Assembly: GCA_035280045.1 (NCBI GenBank)
Contig: DATEGP010000078.1
Span: 14,419-78,418, forward strand
Origin: Candidatus Acidiferrum sp.
Lineage (GTDB): Bacteria; Acidobacteriota; Terriglobia; Acidiferrales; UBA7541
Length of the DNA: 64,000 nucleotides
Direction: 5' to 3'
The notes under the pieces: model-generated
Told to the model about the DNA's origin: nothing
Seen by the model: the letters and a program-made list of their open reading frames with translations, nothing else
Database searches by the model: none
Translations under genes and position numbers: made by a program
In this document: positions 1 through 9,597 of the stretch, one piece after another
Position numbering within the stretch: position 1 is the stretch's first letter
Layout of the letters: each line of letters begins with the position of its first letter

Positions 1-582
1 TGCGGCTCGTGCTCCGCTGAGATTAACGGAATGCCCAAGCTTATGTGCATGACGCGGCTGAACTCACTTCCTCTCGAGAAGCCCGTGACCATCGAGCCGA
101 TGAAAGCCTTTCCCCACGTGAAGGATTTGGTCACCGATGTGTCGTGGAATTACAGCGTGAAGAAGAGTATCGCCAAATTTCAGCCGCGCCCTCCCGACGC
201 GCCCGATGGGACCTGGCGCATGGCCCAGAAGGATGCCGATCGCGTTCAGGAATTCCGCAAATGCATCGAGTGCTTTCTTTGCCAGGACGTCTGCCACGTT
301 TTGCGCGAGCATCACATGCACGACCAATTTATCGGCCCGCGCTTCCTGGTCCATGCGGCGGCCCTGGAAATGAATCCACTCGACCAGGCGGATCGCATCC
401 CCGCCCTTCGCCAGCAGTACGGAATCGGGTTGTGCAACATTACAAAGTGCTGCACCAAGGTCTGTCCTGAAAGTATTACCATCACCGACAATGCCATCAT
501 TCCCCTAAAAGAGCGCGTGGTGGATCGCTTCTTTGATCCTTTGACGAAACTGTTCCGAGTGTTTAGTGCAAGCGGCCGCTAG
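1..582 (+). CDS. sdhB: Succinate dehydrogenase/fumarate reductase Fe-S subunit (5' truncated by window edge)
   Basis: Frame is open from base 1 (CGSCSAEING-MPKLMC). Fe-S motifs CIECFLCQDVC and CNITKCCTKVCP. Confidence 0.93.
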   Translation, partial: CGSCSAEINGMPKLMCMTRLNSLPLEKPVTIEPMKAFPHVKDLVTDVSWNYSVKKSIAKFQPRPPDAPDGTWRMAQKDADRVQEFRKCIECFLCQDVCHVLREHHMHDQFIGPRFLVHAAALEMNPLDQADRIPALRQQYGIGLCNITKCCTKVCPESITITDNAIIPLKERVVDRFFDPLTKLFRVFSASGR

Positions 583-591
583 GAGGTACGT

Positions 592-1092
592 ATGCATTTC
601 GACCTAAAATCCATTTCCACGGAAGCAGTTCCGAAGGCTTTGGAGAAAGCAAAGCATTATCGGCTTTTGAACGAACCAAGCCTTGCGGAAAGCATTTGCC
701 TGGACATCCTGACGGTTGCGCCTTCCGATCAGCAAGCGCTCGTTTCGCTGCTGCTTGCGCGCACCGATCAGTTTGACCACGGGGTTCCGATGAAATTGGC
801 GGAAGAAGTGTTGTCCCGGATCGAAAGCGAATACGAGCGCGTTTACTATGCCGGCCTCATCTGGGAGCGTCAGGCCCATGCACACCTCAACCAGCACGGG
901 CCTTTCACCAACGCCAATGCCTATCATGCCTTGCGCGAGGCAATGATTCACTACGAGCGAGCTGAAGCGGTTCGGCCGCATGGGAATGACGACGCCATTC
1001 TGCGCTGGAACGCTTGTGCGCGCGTATTGATGGGGAATCCGGAGATTCGCCCGTTGCCCGACGCGGAGTTTCAACCCATCACAGGCGAGTAG
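592..1092 (+). CDS. Conserved hypothetical helical (TPR-like) protein
   Basis: AGGAGG RBS, 9 bp after sdhB. Helical pattern AESICLDIL...YYAGLIWER...DDAILRWNAC. Confidence 0.75.
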   Translation: MHFDLKSISTEAVPKALEKAKHYRLLNEPSLAESICLDILTVAPSDQQALVSLLLARTDQFDHGVPMKLAEEVLSRIESEYERVYYAGLIWERQAHAHLNQHGPFTNANAYHALREAMIHYERAEAVRPHGNDDAILRWNACARVLMGNPEIRPLPDAEFQPITGE

Positions 1093-1582
1093 CAACGAGC
1101 GCTTTGCGGAGGTATTCCGCCACATCATTGATAAAGCGATGAACGGACGCCTCCGCGATGCGATGACCGGCAACCGCGTTCATAGCCCTTCCCAAGGGGC
1201 CGAAGGGTGGTTCGTAGAGTCCCGCAAAATCCAATTGCGTCTCAGTGCTGGTCAATGGGTATATGGAAAGGTCGGCTTTCATCAGCGGGAAGAAACCCGG
1301 AGCGGTGGCAGCTTCCCATTCGAGCTGTAACCGGGTAGCCGGGCCTGACGTGGCATCAGCGGCTTTCTCTTCGATGTTTTTGACAGAAATCTTAATATCC
1401 GCCTTGACGCCGATACCCCCGAGATCTAAACGCAGCTCTGCGGCGACGGACTGGGCTCGAGACGCGGCAGCTTTCGTAGCCGCCTGGAAGACATTGAGTG
1501 CGTCTCGCCTCAATACGTCGCGTACTTTTTCGTAGGGATGATTGACGTAGTCGTAGCAGCGAATCTCAAGCCCTTTGCTCAT
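1079..1582 (-). CDS. Hypothetical protein, possible SRPBCC/polyketide cyclase-like fold
   Basis: 167-aa ORF with FFPLMKADLSIYP...YEPPFGPLG pattern; convergent overlap with the previous gene. Confidence 0.6.
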   Translation of the reverse strand: MSKGLEIRCYDYVNHPYEKVRDVLRRDALNVFQAATKAAASRAQSVAAELRLDLGGIGVKADIKISVKNIEEKAADATSGPATRLQLEWEAATAPGFFPLMKADLSIYPLTSTETQLDFAGLYEPPFGPLGRAMNAVAGHRIAEASVHRFINDVAEYLRKALVATRL

Positions 1583-1749
1583 TAGAGTCGCCCCCCGTCA
1601 CGCTCATAAGCCCGGTCGTAGCGGAACTCTAGCATAGGAGGGTTCCTATTCTCGCGTTATTGAAGAAGAGCACCGGGAAAGCGCAAGGAGCACGGCAGTG
1701 AAGGGGTAGCCTCACTGGGACTTAGACACTGGATGCGGTAAAGGCGGCG

Positions 1750-2172
1750 CTAAGCGATAGGCCGGCGCGCGACGATTTTTTTGACGGCGGCAGCCGCGGG
1801 AATCAAGGTGGCCATTTTACGGATCATGGCCAGCACCAGGCGCTTGTCGCCTTCCGAAAGCGTGTTGGAGTACTTCTTGATTTCGGCGAGAAAGCGAATT
1901 TCGTCCTGCGAGAGTTCGCCCAGGGCTTTTTGTGTTTCGCGGTCGCGGGGCGTTTCGGTGCCGGGGAAAAAGTCGGCGAGCGAAATGTCCATGGCTTCAG
2001 CGATTTTGGCGAGCGTTTCGAGCGACGGCACGGTGTGGCCGTTCTCGACGCGCGAAAGGTAGCAGCGCAGCAAACCGGTGCGGCGCTCGATGTCGCCCTG
2101 CGACAGGCCGCGCTGGCTGCGATAAGTCTTAATGACCTCGCCGATGTTTACCCGAGGCTTTTCTTTAGGCAT
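1750..2172 (-). CDS. XRE-family HTH transcriptional regulator
   Basis: IKTYRSQRGLSQGDIERRTGLLRCYLSRVENGHTVPSLETL. GGGAG RBS before the ATG at 2172. Confidence 0.9.
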   Translation of the reverse strand: MPKEKPRVNIGEVIKTYRSQRGLSQGDIERRTGLLRCYLSRVENGHTVPSLETLAKIAEAMDISLADFFPGTETPRDRETQKALGELSQDEIRFLAEIKKYSNTLSEGDKRLVLAMIRKMATLIPAAAAVKKIVARRPIA

Positions 2173-2319
2173 GGTCTCCCCACTTGAGTCGTTCACCCGA
2201 ACTTGAGGCTTGTTATCTTAGTGGCTAACAGTAGGAGTGGCAAGGGAGAAAGTACGGAGAAGTGTTCCTATCCGGCAATAGTGCCAGGAGAGGAACGTGG
2301 CGCGGGAATGACAAAGGAA

Positions 2320-2347
2320 AAGCAGAAAGCTGAAAGCAGAAGGCAGA
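2320..2347 (+). repeat. Heptamer tandem repeat (AAGCAGA-like x4)
   Basis: AAGCAGA AAGCTGA AAGCAGA AGGCAGA, intergenic. Confidence 0.7.
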
Positions 2348-2440
2348 ATAAGAAGGACGCAAGAATCCCTGCCTGCGGTAAGACAGGCTGCGCCCCTGCA
2401 GAAACCTATATCTGAACCAGCACCTTTGGAGCGTTGTGGA

Positions 2441-3265
2441 CTAGCTTTGGGTGGCGGCTACGGTGGCTGGCTGCTGCAGGCGGAACTCCAGCACGGTTTC
2501 GCTGGGGACTTTCACCTGCGCGCCTTTGGTCATGACTTGTACGGCTCCGCCGGTAGCTCCGCCAGCCGCCGCGCCAATCGCGGCGCCTTTTCCGCCGCCT
2601 GCGATGGCGCCGATGATGGTCCCAGCAACTGCGCCGACGCCGACTTTCTTGGCAGTGGAAGAACCCTGGCTCTTGCCTTGGAGCGTGTAGTCGCTGCTGA
2701 CCACTGGGTAGTCATGGCCGTCAATCACCAGGCGGGTCAGTTCGAGCTGCAATTCAGATTTGCCGGTGAAGTTTCCGCTCTTCTTTGATTCCGCCAGCCG
2801 ACCGTACACATCGGTCCCCCGGTGAGCAACCAGCGTGCCGTTGACATTCAAGTCTGTCTCGAGGCTCGCATGGAAAATGTCGCCGACATGGTTTTTGGAA
2901 GAGTCCACCCCGTCGATCATGCGGACAAGAATCGATTGGCCCGCAGGTATAGTCACTTCACCGCCCGGACCAACACTGGCAGCCGGAGCTGGAGCGGGTG
3001 GAGGGGCGGGAGCTTCGGCGGCGGGAGCCGGGGCGGGCATTTGCGCCGAGCCGCCACGGCCGGTAAAGGTCAACGCGACGATGTCATTGCTGCTGTAAGT
3101 CTGCAATTCTCCGTTCACTTCAAAACGAAGAATGGCTGCCGTGCCGCCCATGTATCTGCCTTGCAACACTTTGCCGCTTTTCAGTTCCAAGGTATCGGCG
3201 GCGGCTAGGCTGACAAAGAAAAATGCCACTGCGATGGCAGCTAAGAAACGCTTTAAATTACGCAT
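2441..3265 (-). CDS. Secreted protein with Pro/Ala linker, TrbI/VirB10-like domain and glycine zipper
   Basis: GGAGG RBS, signal peptide MRNLKRFLAAIAVAFFFVSLAAA, VTIPAG...IIGAIAGGGKGAAIGAAAGG. Confidence 0.75.
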   Translation of the reverse strand: MRNLKRFLAAIAVAFFFVSLAAADTLELKSGKVLQGRYMGGTAAILRFEVNGELQTYSSNDIVALTFTGRGGSAQMPAPAPAAEAPAPPPAPAPAASVGPGGEVTIPAGQSILVRMIDGVDSSKNHVGDIFHASLETDLNVNGTLVAHRGTDVYGRLAESKKSGNFTGKSELQLELTRLVIDGHDYPVVSSDYTLQGKSQGSSTAKKVGVGAVAGTIIGAIAGGGKGAAIGAAAGGATGGAVQVMTKGAQVKVPSETVLEFRLQQPATVAATQS

Positions 3266-3461
3266 GCCTCCCTCTCTCGTTGCAAATTCACATCCCACGC
3301 AGGCCGAACGTCCCCCACAGGACGCTCCTCGACCATTCTACTGCATTGGATACCGTGCGGGATGGAATGGTTGCGCTGAGATCGACATGAAGGAGCGAGG
3401 GCCGATTTCGCTCAGGCCCTTCGTGCAACCGGCACTGTAGTTGTCGAGAGAGTTCAGCCGC

Positions 3462-4604
3462 CTAAAACCCACGGTGGGCCGCGTCCGCATCTTCGGCGAG
3501 ATCCTGCATAAACGTGAAAAAGGCAGGCGACTGGCCGATGAAGAGCCCCATGTCGGTCAGAAACTTGACCACACCTTTGGCAATGTCTCTTGTTTGGGTC
3601 GGGCGAATAACGGAACATGGCGGCAAGTCAGGGCTAATGAAGGGGCAAGGCTCCGGCATAATTAAGTTCGCCTTCAGATCCTCGCTCGTGCTGTCAGGAG
3701 TCAGATCCGGAAAGCTGACGGAAACCCCAGTGACGGGATCCACGGCGGTCAACATAGGTGCGTTGCCAGCTTTGTCTTGCCATGTCTGGAAGTGCATGGT
3801 CTCCGTGGGGCCAATGCTGATCAGGATGCGCAAGACTTCGTGATGCGTGGCGCGTTGCGCCATCGCAGGATAGAGGCTGGTGCCGCCCTGCTCGATCGTC
3901 GCAAAGTGGAAGCCCGCGGTGTTCGCGATGGCTTGAAGGAAGTTGGGATCGCTCGTGTCAGCGTCGGTCCTGGGAATTGCCGTGTGCTGCCCTTTGGCCA
4001 AGTCTGGAACAGCCTGCTGAAAGGCAAAGCTAGGCTCCAAGTCGGGGTTATGGTCGCCACTGCGGTACCGAGTCCACCAACTGGTGTCCACGGTGAGCTG
4101 GGTGAGGTTGGTGAGCCGAAGCTTTCCGATAGCTGCTCCAGTCGCGCTGCTGCCCGGCAAAGTGCGGAATTGTTCGAGACTTACAGGACTGGCTCCCTTG
4201 GATACCAGGTATGCGTTCAAGAAGTTTTGGTGAGTGAATTCATCGTCGGTGTTGTCGTGAATGTACTGCGGCATGTCGCCATCGAGGACTTTAAGCAAGG
4301 CGGTATAGGCAGGGTTCCCACTTCCGCCAGGAACTTCGCTGGTGTTTGGGACGCCTCCGAGTTCGTTGTACTGTACCCAGAAGTCTGTTTCGAGAATTTC
4401 TGCGGCCGCCGCGAACCTAAGCAGAGCGGCATCACCTGGTGTCAGGCGCCCGCTCTTCTCCTCTGGAACCGCAAAAGCGCTTGCGCTGCCGGTAAACTGC
4501 CCCGTTCCGAGGGCCGCTGCTCCGGCCGCAACCGTGCCGTTCTTTAGAAATGAACGGCGATTGGTCTTTTCTTTCAGAGAAACCGGTCGAATTGGATGCT
4601 CCAT
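3462..4604 (-). CDS. Tat-exported ferritin-like domain protein
   Basis: NRRSFLK twin-arginine motif. Di-metal-type motifs EILE, DEFTH, IEQGG, ETMH. Confidence 0.82.
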   Translation of the reverse strand: MEHPIRPVSLKEKTNRRSFLKNGTVAAGAAALGTGQFTGSASAFAVPEEKSGRLTPGDAALLRFAAAAEILETDFWVQYNELGGVPNTSEVPGGSGNPAYTALLKVLDGDMPQYIHDNTDDEFTHQNFLNAYLVSKGASPVSLEQFRTLPGSSATGAAIGKLRLTNLTQLTVDTSWWTRYRSGDHNPDLEPSFAFQQAVPDLAKGQHTAIPRTDADTSDPNFLQAIANTAGFHFATIEQGGTSLYPAMAQRATHHEVLRILISIGPTETMHFQTWQDKAGNAPMLTAVDPVTGVSVSFPDLTPDSTSEDLKANLIMPEPCPFISPDLPPCSVIRPTQTRDIAKGVVKFLTDMGLFIGQSPAFFTFMQDLAEDADAAHRGF

Positions 4605-4955
4605 TGAACTTTCCTCCTAAGAATGGTTTTGCGAGCACGCAACGCGGACTCTCAAACGCTGAGTGATCTCATTCCAAGGCAAGCTTAGAGAGGGAGCGGA
4701 GAGAAATTGTCACCAGGTTGTCCGCTTCCAGTCATTTCCCTGTCCTTGCAAAATCCAAAGGAGACCGCGCGAAGAAGAAAAGAAGACAATCCTGAGACAA
4801 GAAGCGCGGAATAAACGGAGAAGATGTCAAGTCTTTGTCATCATCAGGTGCGTTGGGAAATCTAGACTTAGGCCGAAAACTCAAGCGAGAAGACGAGAAG
4901 AAAGGAACGGTGGGCAACCTGGGTCGAGGCCAGGGAGTTCCCCCCGGTGGAGCCC

Positions 4956-5333
4956 ATGAACAATGTGAAGAGCTTGCCCTCGGTAGCGCGCTTTGGGGCG
5001 TTTGAGGTTTCGTTCGAATTGCGCGAGATTCGCAAGCACGGCATGCGGATTCAGCTCGAAGAAAAACCCTTCAAAATCCTGGAAGCGTTGATCGAAAACG
5101 CCGGGCAGGTGGTCCGCCGGCAGACGCTATGTGAGAAGCTTTGGCCGGATACGTATGTGGCGTTCGAGCACAGCCTGAACACGGCGGTCAACAAGCTCCG
5201 CAGCGTGCTGGGGGATGGAGCGCAGAGTCCGCGATACATCGAGACGCGGCCTCGGCTGGGTTACCGGTTCGTCGCGCCCGTGGAACGCGTGAATGGAAGC
5301 GCTTCGCTGGCTGCGCGCGCCGCGAACGCGTGA
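4956..5333 (+). CDS. Stand-alone CadC/OmpR-type winged-helix DNA-binding protein
   Basis: RFGAFEV...LWPDTYVAFEHSLNTAVNKLRSVLGD...YIETRPRLGYRF. Confidence 0.85.
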   Translation: MNNVKSLPSVARFGAFEVSFELREIRKHGMRIQLEEKPFKILEALIENAGQVVRRQTLCEKLWPDTYVAFEHSLNTAVNKLRSVLGDGAQSPRYIETRPRLGYRFVAPVERVNGSASLAARAANA

Positions 5334-5367
5334 GCCCGGTGAGACCCTGCCTCGGCACAACCGTGGG

Positions 5368-8073
5368 CTATGGAGTTACTGGTTCCACGTTCCAGCCGTC
5401 CACTACAAGTTCAGGCGCAGCTCCGGCAAGCGAAGAGCTGTCAAATTGCACGGTGACGGATTTTCTCTCTCCGGGCAACAGCGAAAAATAGTTGTCGCTC
5501 CAGAAAACGGGGACCACATCATCGCCGCCCTTTCCGCGCGTGAGTCGCGGGTGAACCATGAAAGCTACGCCGTCGCCAGTATTCGCCACGGAAACGGTCA
5601 TCCAGTGAGTGGAACCATTCAAACGCAATGATTTCGTGATTGCTAGTTTCGCCTTCGGGAGGCTGCTGAGCCCGGTTAGGTCGCTGAAATCTTTTTGCGG
5701 GGTGTAGACGGTATCGCTTCGACCGGCCCAGTCCAGAGTGTCGACCTTTGTCGAGAGCCAGTAGAAATTGTCACTGACCAGTTTTCCCGCAGCATCGTGA
5801 AGATCGAGTTTGAGGAAGTAAGTTGTCGAGAGTCCATCGGTAGCAGGCACGTCGAATGCTTTGGTGCTGCTGTCAGCAGCTACATCGAACGTGGCGCTCT
5901 TTGAGGCTTTTTCTTTCGCATCAATGTTGTAGATTTTTGCGCTAACCTTCATTCCCTTCAGAGACTCATAAGTGCTGTTGACTACGTTTATGGAATTGTC
6001 GTCGTAGGAATATTGGACATGGACAGGCTCGCAGGCTTTTTTCGTTCCGAAATAGCCGCCAGCGGGAACGAGGTAGTAGTCGTAGAGATGCCAGATTAGC
6101 GAAGGCCAGGCGTTGTTCAACATCCACTGAATCACGCCGGTGGCGGTGTATTTGTTGCGGCCGTAGGCCTCGAACATGGCGCGTTGGCCGTCGTAGGTCA
6201 TGGCCTGGGCCTTGCGTTCGTAGTCGTCGAGGGAAGTGGCTTCGCCGTAGCGCTTGGTCAGGCCGTCGGTGAAAACATTCACGTTGGTGAAGCGTTCGCC
6301 GCCAGCGTGATAGTTCCAGACATCATCCATGGGCCAGAGATGATCTTTGGGAATGAATTTTTCGAGGGACTCACGCGGAGGAATTGCCGGGCCGGGACTG
6401 GTTTCCGTGTTGTAGCCGTAAGCGCCGCCAGCCTGCGTGTCTTCAAGCCAATAAACCGGTGGAACGTATTCGTAGGGCCCGGTCATCTTGACGCCAGAGT
6501 CGCCAGTGATGGTGGTTTTTTGTTCAGAGGCGGAGGAAACAACAGGATTTGGCCAGCCTAACTCTTTCTCGATGCCCAAGTAGGTTTGTTCGACATCGGG
6601 TGGCGGCGGATTGTCGCTTCCGTTGAGGAAAACAAAAACGCTGGGATGATTGCGCAGCCGGGTGATTTGATCGCGCAAGGAAGCGGCGGCGACGCGATTC
6701 TGATCGCCTTCCCAATGTTTCCACCGCTCCCAGGCGTCGCAACAGGTCCAGCCGGGCATGACGAGAATGCCGAGCTTGTCGGTCTTGTCGAAAAATTCGT
6801 CGCGATCGAGGCGGCCTTCGAGGCGAATGGTGTTGAGATGCATGTCGCGGACGTAAGCAAGGTCGGCGTCGAGCTTCGATGAAGACCAGCGGAAGAGAAG
6901 GTCGGGAGCCCACGCAGCGCCGCGAATCAGGACTTTGCGGCCGTTAATCTTGAAGAGGCGATGGCCTTTGTCGGTGAGCTCGGATGTGACTTCGCGAATG
7001 CCGAAGGTGACGCTGGCGGTGTCGGAAACTTGTTTGCCGATTTCGAAGCGAAGATGGGCTGCGTTGAGATTGGGCGTGCCCATCTGATAGGGCCACCAGA
7101 GTTTTGGATGAGCGAGTTTGAGTTTGGGGAATTGTTCGGGCAAGAACGTGACTATTTTGGATTCGCCGGCGGAAAGTTCGACGGGCTGCTGTAAGGTGAT
7201 GCCTTCTAATTCTGCATGCAGCACACCTTTGACTGAGTCCCGCGACGCGTTACGGACTTCGGCGCTTACGGTCAATTCAGCCGATTTGTATTCGGAATCG
7301 AGTTTAGAGGAGACGAAGGGATTTCTTACGGCGACGGGACCGCTGGAAGTGAGGAACACTTCTTTCCAGATGCCCATGTTCTTGTCAGGCGGCGTGGGGT
7401 TCCAGTCCACCCAAGTGATGCCGAGATCGTATTTTTCGGGGGCGAAAACCTCGAGGGCGAGGGCGTTTGCTCTCCCGGACTTCAAATACTTGGCGATGTT
7501 GAATTCGTAGGCACGGTAGGTTCCGGCGACATCGTTGGTGTCGGCGATTTTTTGGCCATTGACCCAGATGTTGGCGCGGTAGTTGATTCCGAGAAAATGG
7601 AGCCAAACATTTTTCTCCCCGGCTGGTGGCGACGGGAATTCTGTGCGATACCACCAGGAGCATTTGAAGGGGCTGTCGTCGGGCATGTCCATGTTGGCGA
7701 AGAGCTGCTTGTTCGAATGGCTCATCCCGGGGAAGGAGTCGAGATTCGTAGCGTAATTGGGATCGGGATAGGTTTTGTCGGTGACGAGCGCGCCGACAAC
7801 CGTGGCTGGAATGTCCGCCTTGTGCCACGAAGACGCGTCGAAACCTGCCACGGAGACCTGATCGCCGGTGGCTTTGGCATCGCATGAAGATTGAATCTGC
7901 CAGTTCTTGTGGAGATAGGTCCGGTTGGTGGAACCTTCTGAGTCAGCGGCGATTGCGAGATTTGGAATTGCAAAGGAAACGGCAACAACAGAAAACATGG
8001 AGAAGGAAATGCGGGTCGAGCGTCGCAAGAAGCCCTCCTGGGAATCCAGAATTACACCGGCAGGCTCCGGCAC
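5368..8073 (-). CDS. GH2 glycoside hydrolase, exo-beta-D-glucosaminidase (CsxA-like)
   Basis: NTIRLEG, RLRNHPSV-NGSD (Asp acid/base), NTETSPG nucleophile motif, WMLNNAWPSLIW, signal peptide. Start uncertain. Confidence 0.85.
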   Translation of the reverse strand: MPEPAGVILDSQEGFLRRSTRISFSMFSVVAVSFAIPNLAIAADSEGSTNRTYLHKNWQIQSSCDAKATGDQVSVAGFDASSWHKADIPATVVGALVTDKTYPDPNYATNLDSFPGMSHSNKQLFANMDMPDDSPFKCSWWYRTEFPSPPAGEKNVWLHFLGINYRANIWVNGQKIADTNDVAGTYRAYEFNIAKYLKSGRANALALEVFAPEKYDLGITWVDWNPTPPDKNMGIWKEVFLTSSGPVAVRNPFVSSKLDSEYKSAELTVSAEVRNASRDSVKGVLHAELEGITLQQPVELSAGESKIVTFLPEQFPKLKLAHPKLWWPYQMGTPNLNAAHLRFEIGKQVSDTASVTFGIREVTSELTDKGHRLFKINGRKVLIRGAAWAPDLLFRWSSSKLDADLAYVRDMHLNTIRLEGRLDRDEFFDKTDKLGILVMPGWTCCDAWERWKHWEGDQNRVAAASLRDQITRLRNHPSVFVFLNGSDNPPPPDVEQTYLGIEKELGWPNPVVSSASEQKTTITGDSGVKMTGPYEYVPPVYWLEDTQAGGAYGYNTETSPGPAIPPRESLEKFIPKDHLWPMDDVWNYHAGGERFTNVNVFTDGLTKRYGEATSLDDYERKAQAMTYDGQRAMFEAYGRNKYTATGVIQWMLNNAWPSLIWHLYDYYLVPAGGYFGTKKACEPVHVQYSYDDNSINVVNSTYESLKGMKVSAKIYNIDAKEKASKSATFDVAADSSTKAFDVPATDGLSTTYFLKLDLHDAAGKLVSDNFYWLSTKVDTLDWAGRSDTVYTPQKDFSDLTGLSSLPKAKLAITKSLRLNGSTHWMTVSVANTGDGVAFMVHPRLTRGKGGDDVVPVFWSDNYFSLLPGERKSVTVQFDSSSLAGAAPELVVDGWNVEPVTP

Positions 8074-8178
8074 CCCGCCGGGCGAGCCGCGCAGAGCATA
8101 TTAAACCGATTCAATGGCGTGGTATTAGATTTATTTTTCCGGGAGGAGCCTCTGAAATAGAGGAAAAAGCGAAAAACA

Positions 8179-8201
8179 CGGGTCTAAAGACCCGCCATTA
8201 C
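8179..8201. repeat. REP-like palindrome
   Basis: CGGGTC-TAAA-GACCCG followed by CCATTAC. Confidence 0.45.
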
Positions 8202-8408
8202 GGGGCCTTGATCGCGTTCCGCCGATGATTGGCGCCGAAAAACCACAGGCATAACATCTGGCCGAGCCCTCATCTAAATAGATTGAGAAAGAATCTAATG
8301 TAGGGCATCAAAACCGCCATGCGGACAGCACAGCGGCGCGGAGGCCCTTGCGGCGAACTATCCCGGCCCCGCCGGATAGGAATGAATCTAGGACGGGGTA
8401 AATGCCGG

Positions 8409-9542
8409 ATGCAAACTAGCACTTATGTTTCTTCCTGCGCGTTGGCATTGCTTTTCTTCCTTCCAGCAAGCGGGATGGCACAGGAGCAGAGGGCGCGCCC
8501 GTGGAATCCCAGCCGTTCGTTCCCGGATGCCCCGATGCCTAAACCCTCTGACCCGATGGGGCTTAATGCAACTGGTGATGCCCAAAAGACAGCAAGCATT
8601 TCAGGGACGGTGCTGGATTCGACAGGAGCTGCAATCCCAGGCGCACAAGTCAGCCTTGCGCTGAAAGATGGAAGCCGTTTGGAGAGCGTTAAATCAGGAG
8701 CGAATGGCGAGTTTTCCCTCATCGAGGTTCCCGCAGGTTCCTATCTGGTAATCGTGGAGGCCGTGGGATTTGCGCCGTTCAAAACGGAAGAGTTCATGGT
8801 TGCGACGCAGCAAGTCTATTCGCTTCGCACCATAACGCTGTCCGTTGCCGAGCAGACTACGTCGGTTGTGGTTCGTCCCACAGAAGTCATTGCAGCCGAG
8901 CAAATCAAGACGGAAGAGAAACAAAGGGTGCTCGGAATCGTGCCCAACTTCTACGTCAGCTTCACCCCCGACGCGGCTCCACTCACTTCGAAGCAAAAGT
9001 TCTCCTTGTCAGCTCATGATGCGTTTGATTGGGCTTCGTTTGCGGCCGTCAGCGTGGGCGCTGGCGCCGAACAGGCGACCAACGCGTTCAAGGGTTACGG
9101 GCAAGGCGCCGCAGGATATGGCAAGCGATGGGGAGCATTGTTTGCCAGCGCCCGCTCTAACGATTTGCTGAGTCATTATGTGTTCGCGTCACTCTTTCAC
9201 CAGGATCCGCGTTATTTTTATCAGGGAACCGGCACAAAAAAATCTCGTCTCCTCCATGCGCTGAGTTACGCGTTCGTTGCCCGCGGCGACAACGGAAAGA
9301 ACATGCCCAACTACACTTACATCCTCGCAGACATCTGCTCCGGGGCACTCTCGAATGCGTATTACCCGCCGGCGAATCGAGGCGCCGGTCTGGTCTTCAC
9401 CAACGCGGCGATTGCGCTGGCGGCCCGTGCCGGACAGGGAGTGCTAGAAGAATTCATTGGGAAGCGCTTCACCAAGAACGCTCCGGATTCAGGCTCATCA
9501 GAGAAAATGCGACGGAACGAGTCACCGAGCGCGCGGCCATAA
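8409..9542 (+). CDS. Carboxypeptidase-regulatory-like domain envelope protein
   Basis: Signal peptide, ISGTVLDSTGAAIPGAQV, C-terminal EEKQRVLGIVPNFY...HQDPRYFY. Start set at ATG 8409 (ORF is open from 8319). Confidence 0.8.
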   Translation: MQTSTYVSSCALALLFFLPASGMAQEQRARPWNPSRSFPDAPMPKPSDPMGLNATGDAQKTASISGTVLDSTGAAIPGAQVSLALKDGSRLESVKSGANGEFSLIEVPAGSYLVIVEAVGFAPFKTEEFMVATQQVYSLRTITLSVAEQTTSVVVRPTEVIAAEQIKTEEKQRVLGIVPNFYVSFTPDAAPLTSKQKFSLSAHDAFDWASFAAVSVGAGAEQATNAFKGYGQGAAGYGKRWGALFASARSNDLLSHYVFASLFHQDPRYFYQGTGTKKSRLLHALSYAFVARGDNGKNMPNYTYILADICSGALSNAYYPPANRGAGLVFTNAAIALAARAGQGVLEEFIGKRFTKNAPDSGSSEKMRRNESPSARP

Positions 9543-9597
9543 CCCGGCGGGAATAATCGCCCAGGGCGAGAAGCTCGCAGATGCGCGTAGTAGCGAC

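Noticed and set aside
5331-5368. Selenocysteine read-through of the wHTH TGA stop (a hairpin follows)
   Set aside because: A second in-frame TGA comes three codons later, and the hairpin fits a terminator between convergent genes.
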